Shown here in pieces: positions 8,723 through 16,471 of a DNA stretch of 64,000 nucleotides (its first letter is position 1; every line of letters starts with the position of its first letter). Position numbers and translations under genes: made by a program. Origin of the DNA: an uncultured Acidimicrobiales bacterium (GTDB taxonomy: Bacteria; Actinomycetota; Acidimicrobiia; Acidimicrobiales; DATKAS01); contig CAWDJB010000002.1 in the NCBI GenBank assembly GCA_963802505.1, positions 20,627-84,626 on the forward strand. The letters are read 5' to 3'. Below the pieces are notes generated by a model. The model worked only from the letters and a program-made list of their open reading frames with translations, was not told where the DNA came from and ran no database searches.

Positions 8723-9507
8723 AAGCCGGCGAGCTTGTCTTCGTGGACGCCTTTCGGAGCGCCCTTGCGGATGAACCACTCGGTCGAGAACGCGCGGGCG
8801 AACATCGCGGGAGGCATCCGAAGGAAGAACGTCGAGTCGGTGACCTGACTCGCGTGCATCGTGATCGACTCGCGCTTCTGCGCGACGTAGGGCGAGACGT
8901 CGACCGCCGTGGTGAGATCGGCCTCGGGCATCCCGAACTCCATGTCCTCGGGCATCTCGGGCGGATCGAAGTCCATGTCAGGAGCGAGCTCCGCGGCCAT
9001 GTCGACCATGCGCTTGACGGCATCACGGTTCATGGTCGCCTCGTACACCACGGGCGTGCCGGCGAGCTCGGCGGCGCGATGGCCGACGCGATGCACCTGC
9101 ACGTGGTCGGGATGCCCGTAGTTGCCGTGCGGGTCGTACACGGTGAGGACGTCGGCCGACTCCTCGCGCAGGATCGTTGCGAGCCGCTCGGCGGCGGCGT
9201 CGACCGGGGCCTGCCAAAAGCTGGCCGGCTCGTTGTTCTGGTCCCAACCGTCCATCCCCGAGTCGGTGTAGCCGAGGAACTCGACGCGCGAGATGCCGAG
9301 CACCGCTGCTGATCGCATCGTCTCGGCCACCCGGCGGTCGGCCAACGTCTCGTTCTCCGCCAAGTCTTCGGGCACCTCGCCGCACTCGCCGCGGGTCGCG
9401 ACGACGAGCACCGCTCGATGACCCTCGGCGACGGCGCGGGCGATCGTGCCGCCTGTGGTGATCGATTCGTCGTCGGGATGCGCGTGGAAGCAGACCAGTG
9501 TCGTCAT
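8719..9507 (-). CDS. PIG-L (LmbE-like) family deacetylase
   Basis: 262 aa, N-terminal VCFHAHPDDESITTGG and HPDH motifs typical of the PIG-L/MshB/Mca fold. Confidence 0.85.
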   Translation of the reverse strand: MTTLVCFHAHPDDESITTGGTIARAVAEGHRAVLVVATRGECGEVPEDLAENETLADRRVAETMRSAAVLGISRVEFLGYTDSGMDGWDQNNEPASFWQAPVDAAAERLATILREESADVLTVYDPHGNYGHPDHVQVHRVGHRAAELAGTPVVYEATMNRDAVKRMVDMAAELAPDMDFDPPEMPEDMEFGMPEADLTTAVDVSPYVAQKRESITMHASQVTDSTFFLRMPPAMFARAFSTEWFIRKGAPKGVHEDKLAGL

Positions 9508-9518
9508 GAGGTTCGCGG

Positions 9519-10673
9519 CTAGCGCACCGCGCCCGACTCACGCAGCTTCGTGACCTCGTCCGCGCCCATGGACAGCCAGTCGGACAACACGTCGTCGGAG
9601 TGCTGCCCGACGTTGGACGGCGGGCGCGAGATCTCGGCCTGCGTCCGCGAGAAGCGCGGTGCCGGCGCGGGCTGCGAGACGCCGCCGATGTCGACGAACG
9701 TCTTGCGGGCGACGTTGTGCGGATGCTTCACGGCTTCTCCGACGGTGAGCACGGGAGCGAAGCACACGTCGGTGTGCTCCATGAGCGCGCACCATTCGTC
9801 GCGGGTCTTCGTGAGGAAGACCTCGCGCAGGCGCTGCTTCAGCGCTGGCCACGCGGATCGATCCATCTGCTTGGCGAACTCGGGATCGTCGGCGAGACCC
9901 GTGATGCGCATGAGCTCGGCGTAGAACTGGGGCTCGATCGACCCGATCGACACGTACTGGCCGTCAGCACATTCGTACGCGTCGTAGAAGTGGGCGCCAG
10001 TGTCGAGGAGGTTGGTGCCCCGTTCGTCGTTCCACATCCCGGTGGCGAAGAAGCCATGGAACATCGACATGAGGATCGCGGCGCCGTCGACCATCGCCGC
10101 GTCGACGACCTGACCTTGGCCCGACTTCTGGGCGTCGAGCAGCGCGCACACGACGCCGAACGCGAGGAACATCCCGCCGCCGCCGAAGTCGCCGACGAGG
10201 TTGAGCGGCGGCACGGGAGGCCCGTCGACGTTGCCGATGTGCGCGAGGCAGCCGGCGAGCGCGATGTAGTTGATGTCGTGTCCTGACCACGCCGCGTACG
10301 GACCCTCTTGACCCCAACCGGTCATGCGCCCGAAGACGAGCTTCGGGTTGCGGGCATGGCACTGCTCGGGGCCCAGCCCCAGCCGTTCCATGACCCCGGG
10401 ACGGAAGCCCTCGATCAACCCGTCGGCGGTCTCGACGAGCTTGAGCACCGTCTCTACGCCGTCGGGGTTCTTCAGGTCGACCGCCAGCGAGCGCCGGCCG
10501 CGTCCCATCACGTCGTAGTACGGGGGCGGAGCGGATGCGTCGCCCGAGGCACGCTCGGCCCGGTCGATCCGCACCACGTCGGCGCCCATGTCGGACAGCA
10601 ACATCGCGCAGAACGGTCCCGGGCCGATGCCTGCGATCTCGATGATGCGGTATCCGGTAAGCGGTCCGGCCAT
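9519..10673 (-). CDS. family III CoA-transferase (CaiB/BaiF), alpha-methylacyl-CoA racemase-like
   Basis: 384 aa, [31 protein letters not shown] and the GDFGGGG region are typical of the family. Confidence 0.85.
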   Translation of the reverse strand: MAGPLTGYRIIEIAGIGPGPFCAMLLSDMGADVVRIDRAERASGDASAPPPYYDVMGRGRRSLAVDLKNPDGVETVLKLVETADGLIEGFRPGVMERLGLGPEQCHARNPKLVFGRMTGWGQEGPYAAWSGHDINYIALAGCLAHIGNVDGPPVPPLNLVGDFGGGGMFLAFGVVCALLDAQKSGQGQVVDAAMVDGAAILMSMFHGFFATGMWNDERGTNLLDTGAHFYDAYECADGQYVSIGSIEPQFYAELMRITGLADDPEFAKQMDRSAWPALKQRLREVFLTKTRDEWCALMEHTDVCFAPVLTVGEAVKHPHNVARKTFVDIGGVSQPAPAPRFSRTQAEISRPPSNVGQHSDDVLSDWLSMGADEVTKLRESGAVR

Positions 10674-10794
10674 CGTGCGTCCTCCTGCACTCGTCCCCGG
10701 AACCCGCGCCGTGTCGCTGGTCCCCTCGGTTCTGTGATCGGGGCGACTTTACGCCCGGTACGGGGAGGCCCATGCTGGCGGCAGGTACTCAACC

Positions 10795-11439
10795 ATGATC
10801 AGGACCTCGCTCCCCGAAGATGCGTGGACCGCGCTGGTTGGCGCGGGAGAACGCCGCCAGTACCGGCGCGGCGCGTGGATCTTCATCGAGGGCGACATGG
10901 CCGGCCCCGCGCTCGCCGTCCTCGAAGGCGAGGTGCGCGTCGAGGCGGCGCACGACGAGATCGCGGTCGAGGTCGGGTTGTTCGGCCCGGGAGCGGTCTT
11001 CGGCGAGCTGTCCGCGATCGATGGGCGCCCCCGATCCGCGAGCGCCATCGCGACGCAACCGACGACCGTCGCCGCCGTGTCCCCCGCCATCCTCGACCAG
11101 CTGCTCAGCGAGCATCCCTCGCTCGCTGCCGCACTGTTGCGGGTGATGGCAGCCCGCCTTCGCGCGACGACCGCGTTCGCAGTGCAACACGCGCCGCACG
11201 ACATCGATCGGCGTCTCGCGGCGACGTTGGTCGAGCTGTCGCAGACTCGCGGGATCGAGGAGGGCAGCATCGTGATGCTCGACGTCACCCAAGGAGAGCT
11301 CGCGACGATGCTGCGGTCCGACACCGAGACCACCACGAGCGCGATCCAGCGTCTCCGCTCCCGGGGTCTCGTGCTGCCGGGAAGAGGCGTCATCCACGTC
11401 GTGAACGTGCGCGCACTCGAGGCTCTCGCCAGAGCATGA
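10795..11439 (+). CDS. Crp/Fnr family transcriptional regulator
   Basis: 214 aa with a cNMP-binding fold (FGELSAIDGRPRSASA) plus a C-terminal HTH (TQGELATMLRSDTETTTSAIQRLRSRG). Confidence 0.85.
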   Translation: MIRTSLPEDAWTALVGAGERRQYRRGAWIFIEGDMAGPALAVLEGEVRVEAAHDEIAVEVGLFGPGAVFGELSAIDGRPRSASAIATQPTTVAAVSPAILDQLLSEHPSLAAALLRVMAARLRATTAFAVQHAPHDIDRRLAATLVELSQTRGIEEGSIVMLDVTQGELATMLRSDTETTTSAIQRLRSRGLVLPGRGVIHVVNVRALEALARA

Positions 11440-12353
11440 CGGCTACGGTCGCGCGCGTGACCGTCTTCGGTGTCCATGCCGGCCTCCAGAACACGTCGAT
11501 GGCATCACTCCGCGCGCTGTGGCGGCGAGTCGAAGACCTCGGCTTCGGATGGATATCGGTGTGGGACCACTTCTACTCGGCGACTCTCACCGACGGCGCC
11601 GAGTGCCTCGAAGCAGTTGCGACGCACGCCGCGCTCGCGTGCGACACGAGCAAGGTGCGATGCGGGTCGCTCGTCTACTCGGTCGGCTATCGCCATCCGG
11701 CAGTGCTCGCGAACGCCATCGCGACGATCGATCACCTGAGCGGTGGCCGGGCCGACATCGGCCTCGGCGCCGGATGGAGTGAGATCGAGTATCTCGCCTA
11801 CGGCATCCCCTTTCCTCGGGTGAAGGTCCGCCTCGACCAGCTCGAGGAAGCGATCCAATGCGTCCGCGGGTTGCTCCGCGACGAGGTCACCAACTTCAAG
11901 GGCGAGTGGTTCGAGATGCACGACGCTCGGTGTGAGCCCAAGCCTGTTCAACCGGCGCTGCCGATCTGGATCGGTGGTCAAGGAGAGAAGCGCACGCTCC
12001 GCATCGCCGCGGAGTGGGCCGACGGCTGGAACGTCCCGTTCGTCGACCCCGCCGCGTTCGCGCACAAGCGCGAGGTGCTGCATCGTCACTGCGACTCGGT
12101 CGGTCGCGACCCCGCTGACATCCGCACCTCGGTCAACCTCGGCCTCGCGTGGACCGAGGAGAGCCTGCGCCAGCAGTTTGGCGGCCTCGCCGACTACGTG
12201 CGCCCGGGCGTGCTCGGAGGAAGCGATCAGGAGGCGCTCGACCGCATCGGCGAGTACGTCGGGGCCGGCGTGGATCAGGTGAACATCGCGCTGCGCGCGC
12301 CGTTCGACAGCGACGCCATCGAACGCCTGGCGCGTGCGCTGGACTTGTGCTGA
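11436..12353 (+). CDS. LLM-class (luciferase-like) flavin/F420-dependent oxidoreductase
   Basis: The ATG at 11436 overlaps the crp stop (ATGA). SVWDHF...RHPAVLANAIATIDHLSGGRADIGLGAGW is typical of LLM enzymes. The rest of track ORF 10308..12353 is artefact. Confidence 0.8.
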   Translation: MTATVARVTVFGVHAGLQNTSMASLRALWRRVEDLGFGWISVWDHFYSATLTDGAECLEAVATHAALACDTSKVRCGSLVYSVGYRHPAVLANAIATIDHLSGGRADIGLGAGWSEIEYLAYGIPFPRVKVRLDQLEEAIQCVRGLLRDEVTNFKGEWFEMHDARCEPKPVQPALPIWIGGQGEKRTLRIAAEWADGWNVPFVDPAAFAHKREVLHRHCDSVGRDPADIRTSVNLGLAWTEESLRQQFGGLADYVRPGVLGGSDQEALDRIGEYVGAGVDQVNIALRAPFDSDAIERLARALDLC

Positions 12354-13186
12354 TCGATCCACTCACGGGCGCCCACACGGTCACGGTCGGGGCGCGTCAA
12401 TCGAGGCCGAACCTCCCGGAGGGTGAGTGCCCGTTCTGCGTCGGCGGCCTCGAGGCACCCGAGCCGTACGAGGTGCGCGCGTTCGTCAACCGGTTCCCGT
12501 CGATGCCCGACGATCGTTGCGAGGTCGTGCTCTACACGCCGCAACACGACGCCAGCCTCGCCTCGCTCGGGTTGGTCGGCGCCCGGCGGGTCGTCGATCT
12601 CTGGGCCGAGAGGAGCGAGGCGCTCGGCGCGCGTGAGGACGTCGCGTACGTGCTCGTGTTCGAGAACCGGGGTGCCGAGGTCGGTGCGACGATCGCTCAT
12701 CCGCACGGCCAGATCTATGCGTTCGACGCCGTCCCGCCGGCGCCCGCCACCGAGCGCGACCTCATGGCCGATCGCCCCGCGCGCCAGGACGACCGACACG
12801 TCTCGAGTGTCGGAGCATGGAGCGCATGGACGGCGCGAGCGTCGACCTGGCCGATCGACCTGCGCATCGCGGGCGACGAGGCTGCCCCCGACCTGCCCTC
12901 ACTCGACCCGCAGTCGCGCGACGACCTCGCTGGGCTGCTGGTCGACGTCGCCGGCCGGATCGACGGCCTGTACGACAAGCCGCTGCCTTACATGCTCTGG
13001 TTCCATCAGCGACCCTTCGACGGGCGCGAGTGGCACGGCCCGCCGCTGCACGCGCACCTCGTGTCGCCGTGGCGCGACGACGGTGTCGCTCGGTTCGTCG
13101 CCGCCGGTGAGCTCGGTTCCGGCGTGTTCTTCAACCCGGTGCCTCCAGAGGTCGCGGCCGCGGCGTTGCGATCAGTGTCGGCGTGA
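12347..13186 (+). CDS. galT: galactose-1-phosphate uridylyltransferase (HIT-type)
   Basis: The GTG at 12347 overlaps the upstream stop. CPFC zinc motif, NRFP, and FENRGAEVGATIAHPHGQIYA with the HxHxQ active site. Confidence 0.8.
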   Translation: MLIDPLTGAHTVTVGARQSRPNLPEGECPFCVGGLEAPEPYEVRAFVNRFPSMPDDRCEVVLYTPQHDASLASLGLVGARRVVDLWAERSEALGAREDVAYVLVFENRGAEVGATIAHPHGQIYAFDAVPPAPATERDLMADRPARQDDRHVSSVGAWSAWTARASTWPIDLRIAGDEAAPDLPSLDPQSRDDLAGLLVDVAGRIDGLYDKPLPYMLWFHQRPFDGREWHGPPLHAHLVSPWRDDGVARFVAAGELGSGVFFNPVPPEVAAAALRSVSA

Positions 13187-14181
13187 TCGTTGCCCGCGCA
13201 CCGGGGCGCGTGAACCTCATCGGTGACCACACCGACTACACGGGTGGCCTGGTCATGCCGATGGCGATCGACCGGTGGACGGAGGTGCGCGGCGAGCGCG
13301 GTGGTGACCGTGTGGTGCTGCAGTCGAGCGACGCCGCCGAACCGGCGCTCATCCCCATCGACATCGACGAACCCCGCAATCTCCAGCCGGACTGGGCGCG
13401 GTACATCGCCGGAGTGGTGGCCGAGCTTCGCCCGGCGACGGGATTCGAGGGCAAGGTCTCGACCACGATCCCGATCGGCGCTGGGCTCTCCTCCAGCGCC
13501 GCACTCGAGGTCGCGGTCGCCCTGGCTCTCGGCGCCGACGGCACGGCGCTCGACATCGCGCGGCTGTGCCGGGCCGCCGAGCAGCGAGCGTCAGGCGTTC
13601 CGTGCGGGATCATGGACCAGCTCGCATCGACGGGCGGTGTCGAAGGCGCGGCGCTCGCGATCGACTGTCACGAGCTCACTGTGTCGCCGGTCTCGATCCC
13701 GGACGACCTCGATGTGATCGTGGTCGACACTGGCGAGCGCCGCGCGCTCGCATCGTCGGCCTACGAAGATCGAGTGCGAGCGTGCGAAGCCGCAGAACGG
13801 ATCATCGGTCCGCTGCGCGAGGCCACCATCGAGCAGGTGCACGAGATCGCCGACCCGACGGTTCGCGCGCGCGCCCGCCACGTCATCTCCGAGAACGAAC
13901 GAGTCAGCGGGTTCGCCAAGGCGATCAGGGCCGGCGCGTTCGCCGACGCCGGACTCATGATGGACGACAGCCACACGAGTCTCCGCGACGACTACGAGGT
14001 GTCGACTCCGGGCCTCGATCGGGCGGCGGCCGCGCTGCGCGCACGCCCGGGCGTCTACGGCGCCCGGCTCACCGGCGCGGGGTTCGGCGGCTGCGTCGTC
14101 GCCCTCGCCGACGCGGGCGCAGTGCGCGACGTCGGATGGATCGTGCGGCCAGTTGGCGGCGCAACGGTCACAGCCGAGTGA
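13183..14181 (+). CDS. galK: galactokinase
   Basis: 332 aa, APGRVNLIGDHTDY signature and GHMP kinase motif (PIGAGLSSSAALEVA). GTGA overlap with galT. Confidence 0.9.
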   Translation: MIVARAPGRVNLIGDHTDYTGGLVMPMAIDRWTEVRGERGGDRVVLQSSDAAEPALIPIDIDEPRNLQPDWARYIAGVVAELRPATGFEGKVSTTIPIGAGLSSSAALEVAVALALGADGTALDIARLCRAAEQRASGVPCGIMDQLASTGGVEGAALAIDCHELTVSPVSIPDDLDVIVVDTGERRALASSAYEDRVRACEAAERIIGPLREATIEQVHEIADPTVRARARHVISENERVSGFAKAIRAGAFADAGLMMDDSHTSLRDDYEVSTPGLDRAAAALRARPGVYGARLTGAGFGGCVVALADAGAVRDVGWIVRPVGGATVTAE

Positions 14182-14837
14182 GCGCCTCTCCCAGCCGCTC
14201 GAGCGCGCCCGGCGTGCGCACGCCCCACCAGAAGAGGTCCTTGCCGTCGACGAAGGTGACGGGCGCGACGGTGCGCAGCTCGGCTTCGTGCCGGGGCCCG
14301 AAGGGATAGGGCTCGGTCGGCGCGAGCACGGCGTCGACGTCGTGCACGTCGTCGAGCGCGACCTCGGGATACCGCTCGCCCGCGGTCGCGAAGACGTTCG
14401 CGACGCCGAGGTGCGCGAGCACCGACGATCCGTACGTGTCCGCGTTCATCGTCATCCACGGTCGCCGCCAGATCGGGACGAATGCTCGCATCCGTTCCGG
14501 GAGCGCGGGCGGAAGCGGCGCTGCGTCGAAGGCGATGCCGAGAACGCGGGCGAGTGTGGCCAGCGCGGGGGCAACATCTTCGACCCTCGTCACGCGCACG
14601 AACGTGCACCGCGAGGCCGGCGGCTTCGAGCGCATCGAAGTCCTCCTTGCGGTTCTCCTCGTCGTTCACCACCACGAGGTCCGGAGCGAGCGACACGATG
14701 CGGTCGACATCGGGATCCTTCGTGCCGCCGATGTGCGGGAGCTCGGGGTGCTCGCAGAAGCGTGTGACCGCGATCGGAACGACGTCCCACGCGAGCAGCG
14801 ACTCGGTGACCGAGGGGACGAGGCTGACGACTCGCAC
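14168..14837 (-). pseudogene. BtuF-like 'helical backbone' periplasmic-binding-fold protein gene with one +1 frame break
   Basis: The N-terminal frame gives MRVVSLVPSVTESLLAW...GGTKDPDVDRIVSLAPDLVVVNDEENRKEDFDALEAAGLAVHV. The C-terminal frame gives (V)TRVEDVAPALATLARVLGI...FWWGVRTPGALERLGEALTRL. Break near 14591-14606. Length is 670 nt, which is 3n+1. Confidence 0.65.
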
Positions 14838-15526
14838 TAGAGCCGGTTGAGCAGCTCGGCCTTCTTCGCGTCGTACTCGACCTGCGTGATCGCGCCCCTG
14901 GTCAGCAGGTCATGGAGCTTGGCGAGCTGCTCGGTCGCGTCGCCCGGAGCCGACGCGGCAGCTGCAGGTACGGGAGGCGGAGGCGGCAGGTTCGCGTTCA
15001 CGGCTGCGGCGGCACCCGCGCTGGCAGCAGCGGCGGCTCGACGCGCCGGCTTCTCCTCGTATTGGTTCGCCTGCTCGTGGATCTCCTTCGCGACGAGCTC
15101 GGGTTTGCGCACGTCGCTGAAGCGACTCTGCCCGTCCTTGCCGCCGGACTCGATCAGCAGGTCGCCGGCACCGATGATGCGCTCCCAGATCGACTGCTTG
15201 AAGTTCACGTTCATGATCCGTTCGAGCGGGATCTCGACGCCGGACTTCGCGACCATGCCCTGACGGAAGATGATGCGGTCGTTCGTCACTGTGAAGCTGG
15301 TGGTGACCCACTTCGACCAGCGGACCGCCGCGTTGACGCCGAGGCCGAGGAACACGGCCAGCACCACCCACCACATCCATCCCTGGTCGGTCACCTGCTC
15401 GAGCACGATCGCGGCGAGGGTCGCGCCGAGCCACACGATGACCGTCGGGACGAGGTACATCCAGTGGGGCTTGAGGTCGAGGATGATCTCCTCGCCGTCG
15501 TTCAGCAACCGCGTCGGATAACCCAC
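14837..15526 (-). CDS. membrane bPH (YdbS/YdbT-like PH) domain protein with C-terminal SHOCT domain
   Basis: GTG at 15526. LLNDGEEIILDLKPHW, two TM helices, TNDRIIFRQG...IPLERI (bacterial PH domain), an Ala/Pro linker, then LAKLHDLLTRGAITQVEYDAKKAELL (SHOCT). Confidence 0.7.
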   Translation of the reverse strand: MGYPTRLLNDGEEIILDLKPHWMYLVPTVIVWLGATLAAIVLEQVTDQGWMWWVVLAVFLGLGVNAAVRWSKWVTTSFTVTNDRIIFRQGMVAKSGVEIPLERIMNVNFKQSIWERIIGAGDLLIESGGKDGQSRFSDVRKPELVAKEIHEQANQYEEKPARRAAAAASAGAAAAVNANLPPPPPVPAAAASAPGDATEQLAKLHDLLTRGAITQVEYDAKKAELLNRL

Positions 15527-15537
15527 GAGCCCGGACT

Positions 15538-15882
15538 TTACGCCCAGCCGAGCTCGGCCAAGCGGTTGTCGTCGATGCCGAAGTGGTGCGCGACCTCGTG
15601 CACCACTGTGACCCGCACCTGACGAACGACCTCGGCTTCGGTCGCGCACATCGCGCAGATCGGCAACCGGTAGATGGTGATCCTGTCGGGCATCACCATC
15701 CCCGCGTACCCCGCATCCCGCGACGTCAACGGCACGCCGTGGTAGAGCCCGAGGAGATTCGCCTGACGGCCGCGGTCCTCGACGAACACGGCCACGTTGT
15801 CCATCTTCGACCCGAGCTCGGGAGGGATGCCGTCGAGCGCCTCGGCCACCAGCTCCTCGAACCGCTCCGCCGACACGAGCAC
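15538..15882 (-). CDS. zincin-like metallopeptidase family protein (DUF1025-type)
   Basis: 114 aa with the HEVAHHFG zinc motif near the C-terminus. Confidence 0.75.
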   Translation of the reverse strand: MLVSAERFEELVAEALDGIPPELGSKMDNVAVFVEDRGRQANLLGLYHGVPLTSRDAGYAGMVMPDRITIYRLPICAMCATEAEVVRQVRVTVVHEVAHHFGIDDNRLAELGWA

Positions 15883-15917
15883 GCCTCGGACGCTATCGAC
15901 GGTGCCCTACTGACGCG

Positions 15918-16012
15918 CTGTCCACAATGTGACGGCCGTCACCCACATATCGTCCACAAGGTCTCCACAGGAGTGTCCACAAGTTATCCAGAGATGTCGA
16001 AAGTTGTCGAAA
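15918..16012 (+). promoter_or_regulatory. phased array of DnaA-box-like GTCCACA motifs followed by a TGTCGAAA direct repeat
   Basis: Same-orientation motifs: CTGTCCACA 15918-26, TCACCCACA 15939-47, TCGTCCACA 15950-58, GTCTCCACA 15961-69, GTGTCCACA 15973-81, TTATCCAGA 15984-92. TGTCGAAA occurs at 15995-16002 and 16005-16012. The CCACA ends are spaced 21, 11, 11 and 12 bp. Confidence 0.35.
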
Positions 16013-16052
16013 CTCTCTTGACGGTTGTGTTGCGAATCGGCAAAGTGACGCC

Positions 16053-16390
16053 ACCGGATGCGCAATGCACCGCACGCCGCACGGGGTAAAACCCGGGTGG
16101 CGAGCAGCACGCCGAAAGGTGAGCGCCCGGCTCGGGGGAGCCAAAGCCCGCAAGGGGGATGGAGCTTCCGGGCGGGGTGGTGCGGCGAGTGTGCGGCACG
16201 AGTCACGTCGAAGGTGTCGTCCACCGCCGGGTGGGTCCACGCAAGTGGGCACTCTCGGAGGCCAGGGGACGCCCGAAGCGCCGGAGCGCTGCAAGGCGCG
16301 AAGGAAGCGACGAGACGTGGAACGGGGTGCGGCCCCGAGGAGTACGGACGGCTTCGGCCGGAAGGCTACTCGGGGCCGAACCGCGTTTTG
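16053..16390 (+). ncRNA. candidate structured RNA or uvrD2 5' leader (family unknown; ends approximate)
   Basis: No coherent coding frame. Tetraloop hairpins at 16110-21 (GAAA), 16147-56 (GCAA), 16235-50 (GCAA), 16286-99 (GCAA) and 16349-60 (UUCG). Long-range helix 16171-80/16221-28. Perfect 10-bp helix 16330-39/16369-78, then UUUU at 16386-89. Upstream TTGACG at 16018-23 and CAAAGT at 16041-46. Confidence 0.3.
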
Positions 16391-16471
16391 AACAGGCTCT
16401 CGCCCTACGCGCCGTTGCGTTCACGGGGGTTTTCCACAGCCCTTGGGGATAGCGAATGAGGGTCGCCGACA

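Noticed and set aside
10725-10750. Possible CRP/cAMP-receptor operator TGTGATCGGGGCGACT upstream of the Crp-family gene
   Set aside because: Only one TGTGA half-site is present. The right half does not approximate TCACA, so there is no usable palindrome.
16053-16390. RNase P RNA, tmRNA, SRP RNA, 6S/Ms1 RNA or a cobalamin/other riboswitch identity for the structured element
   Set aside because: None of the diagnostic strings I know are present on either strand: GGAAAGUCCGG/ACAGAA for RNase P, tRNA-like acceptor/TpsiC arm and tag ORF for tmRNA, GGAA/AGCA SRP domain IV loops, the B12 box. Length and neighbourhood do not fit 6S/Ms1 synteny as I remember it. I cannot run Rfam, so the family stays unassigned rather than excluded.
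15883-16471. Chromosomal origin of replication (oriC)
   Set aside because: Only about six DnaA-box-like motifs. No dnaA, dnaN, rpmH, parAB or gidB genes within 64 kb. No extended AT-rich unwinding element. Kept only as a possible secondary DnaA-binding or regulatory site.
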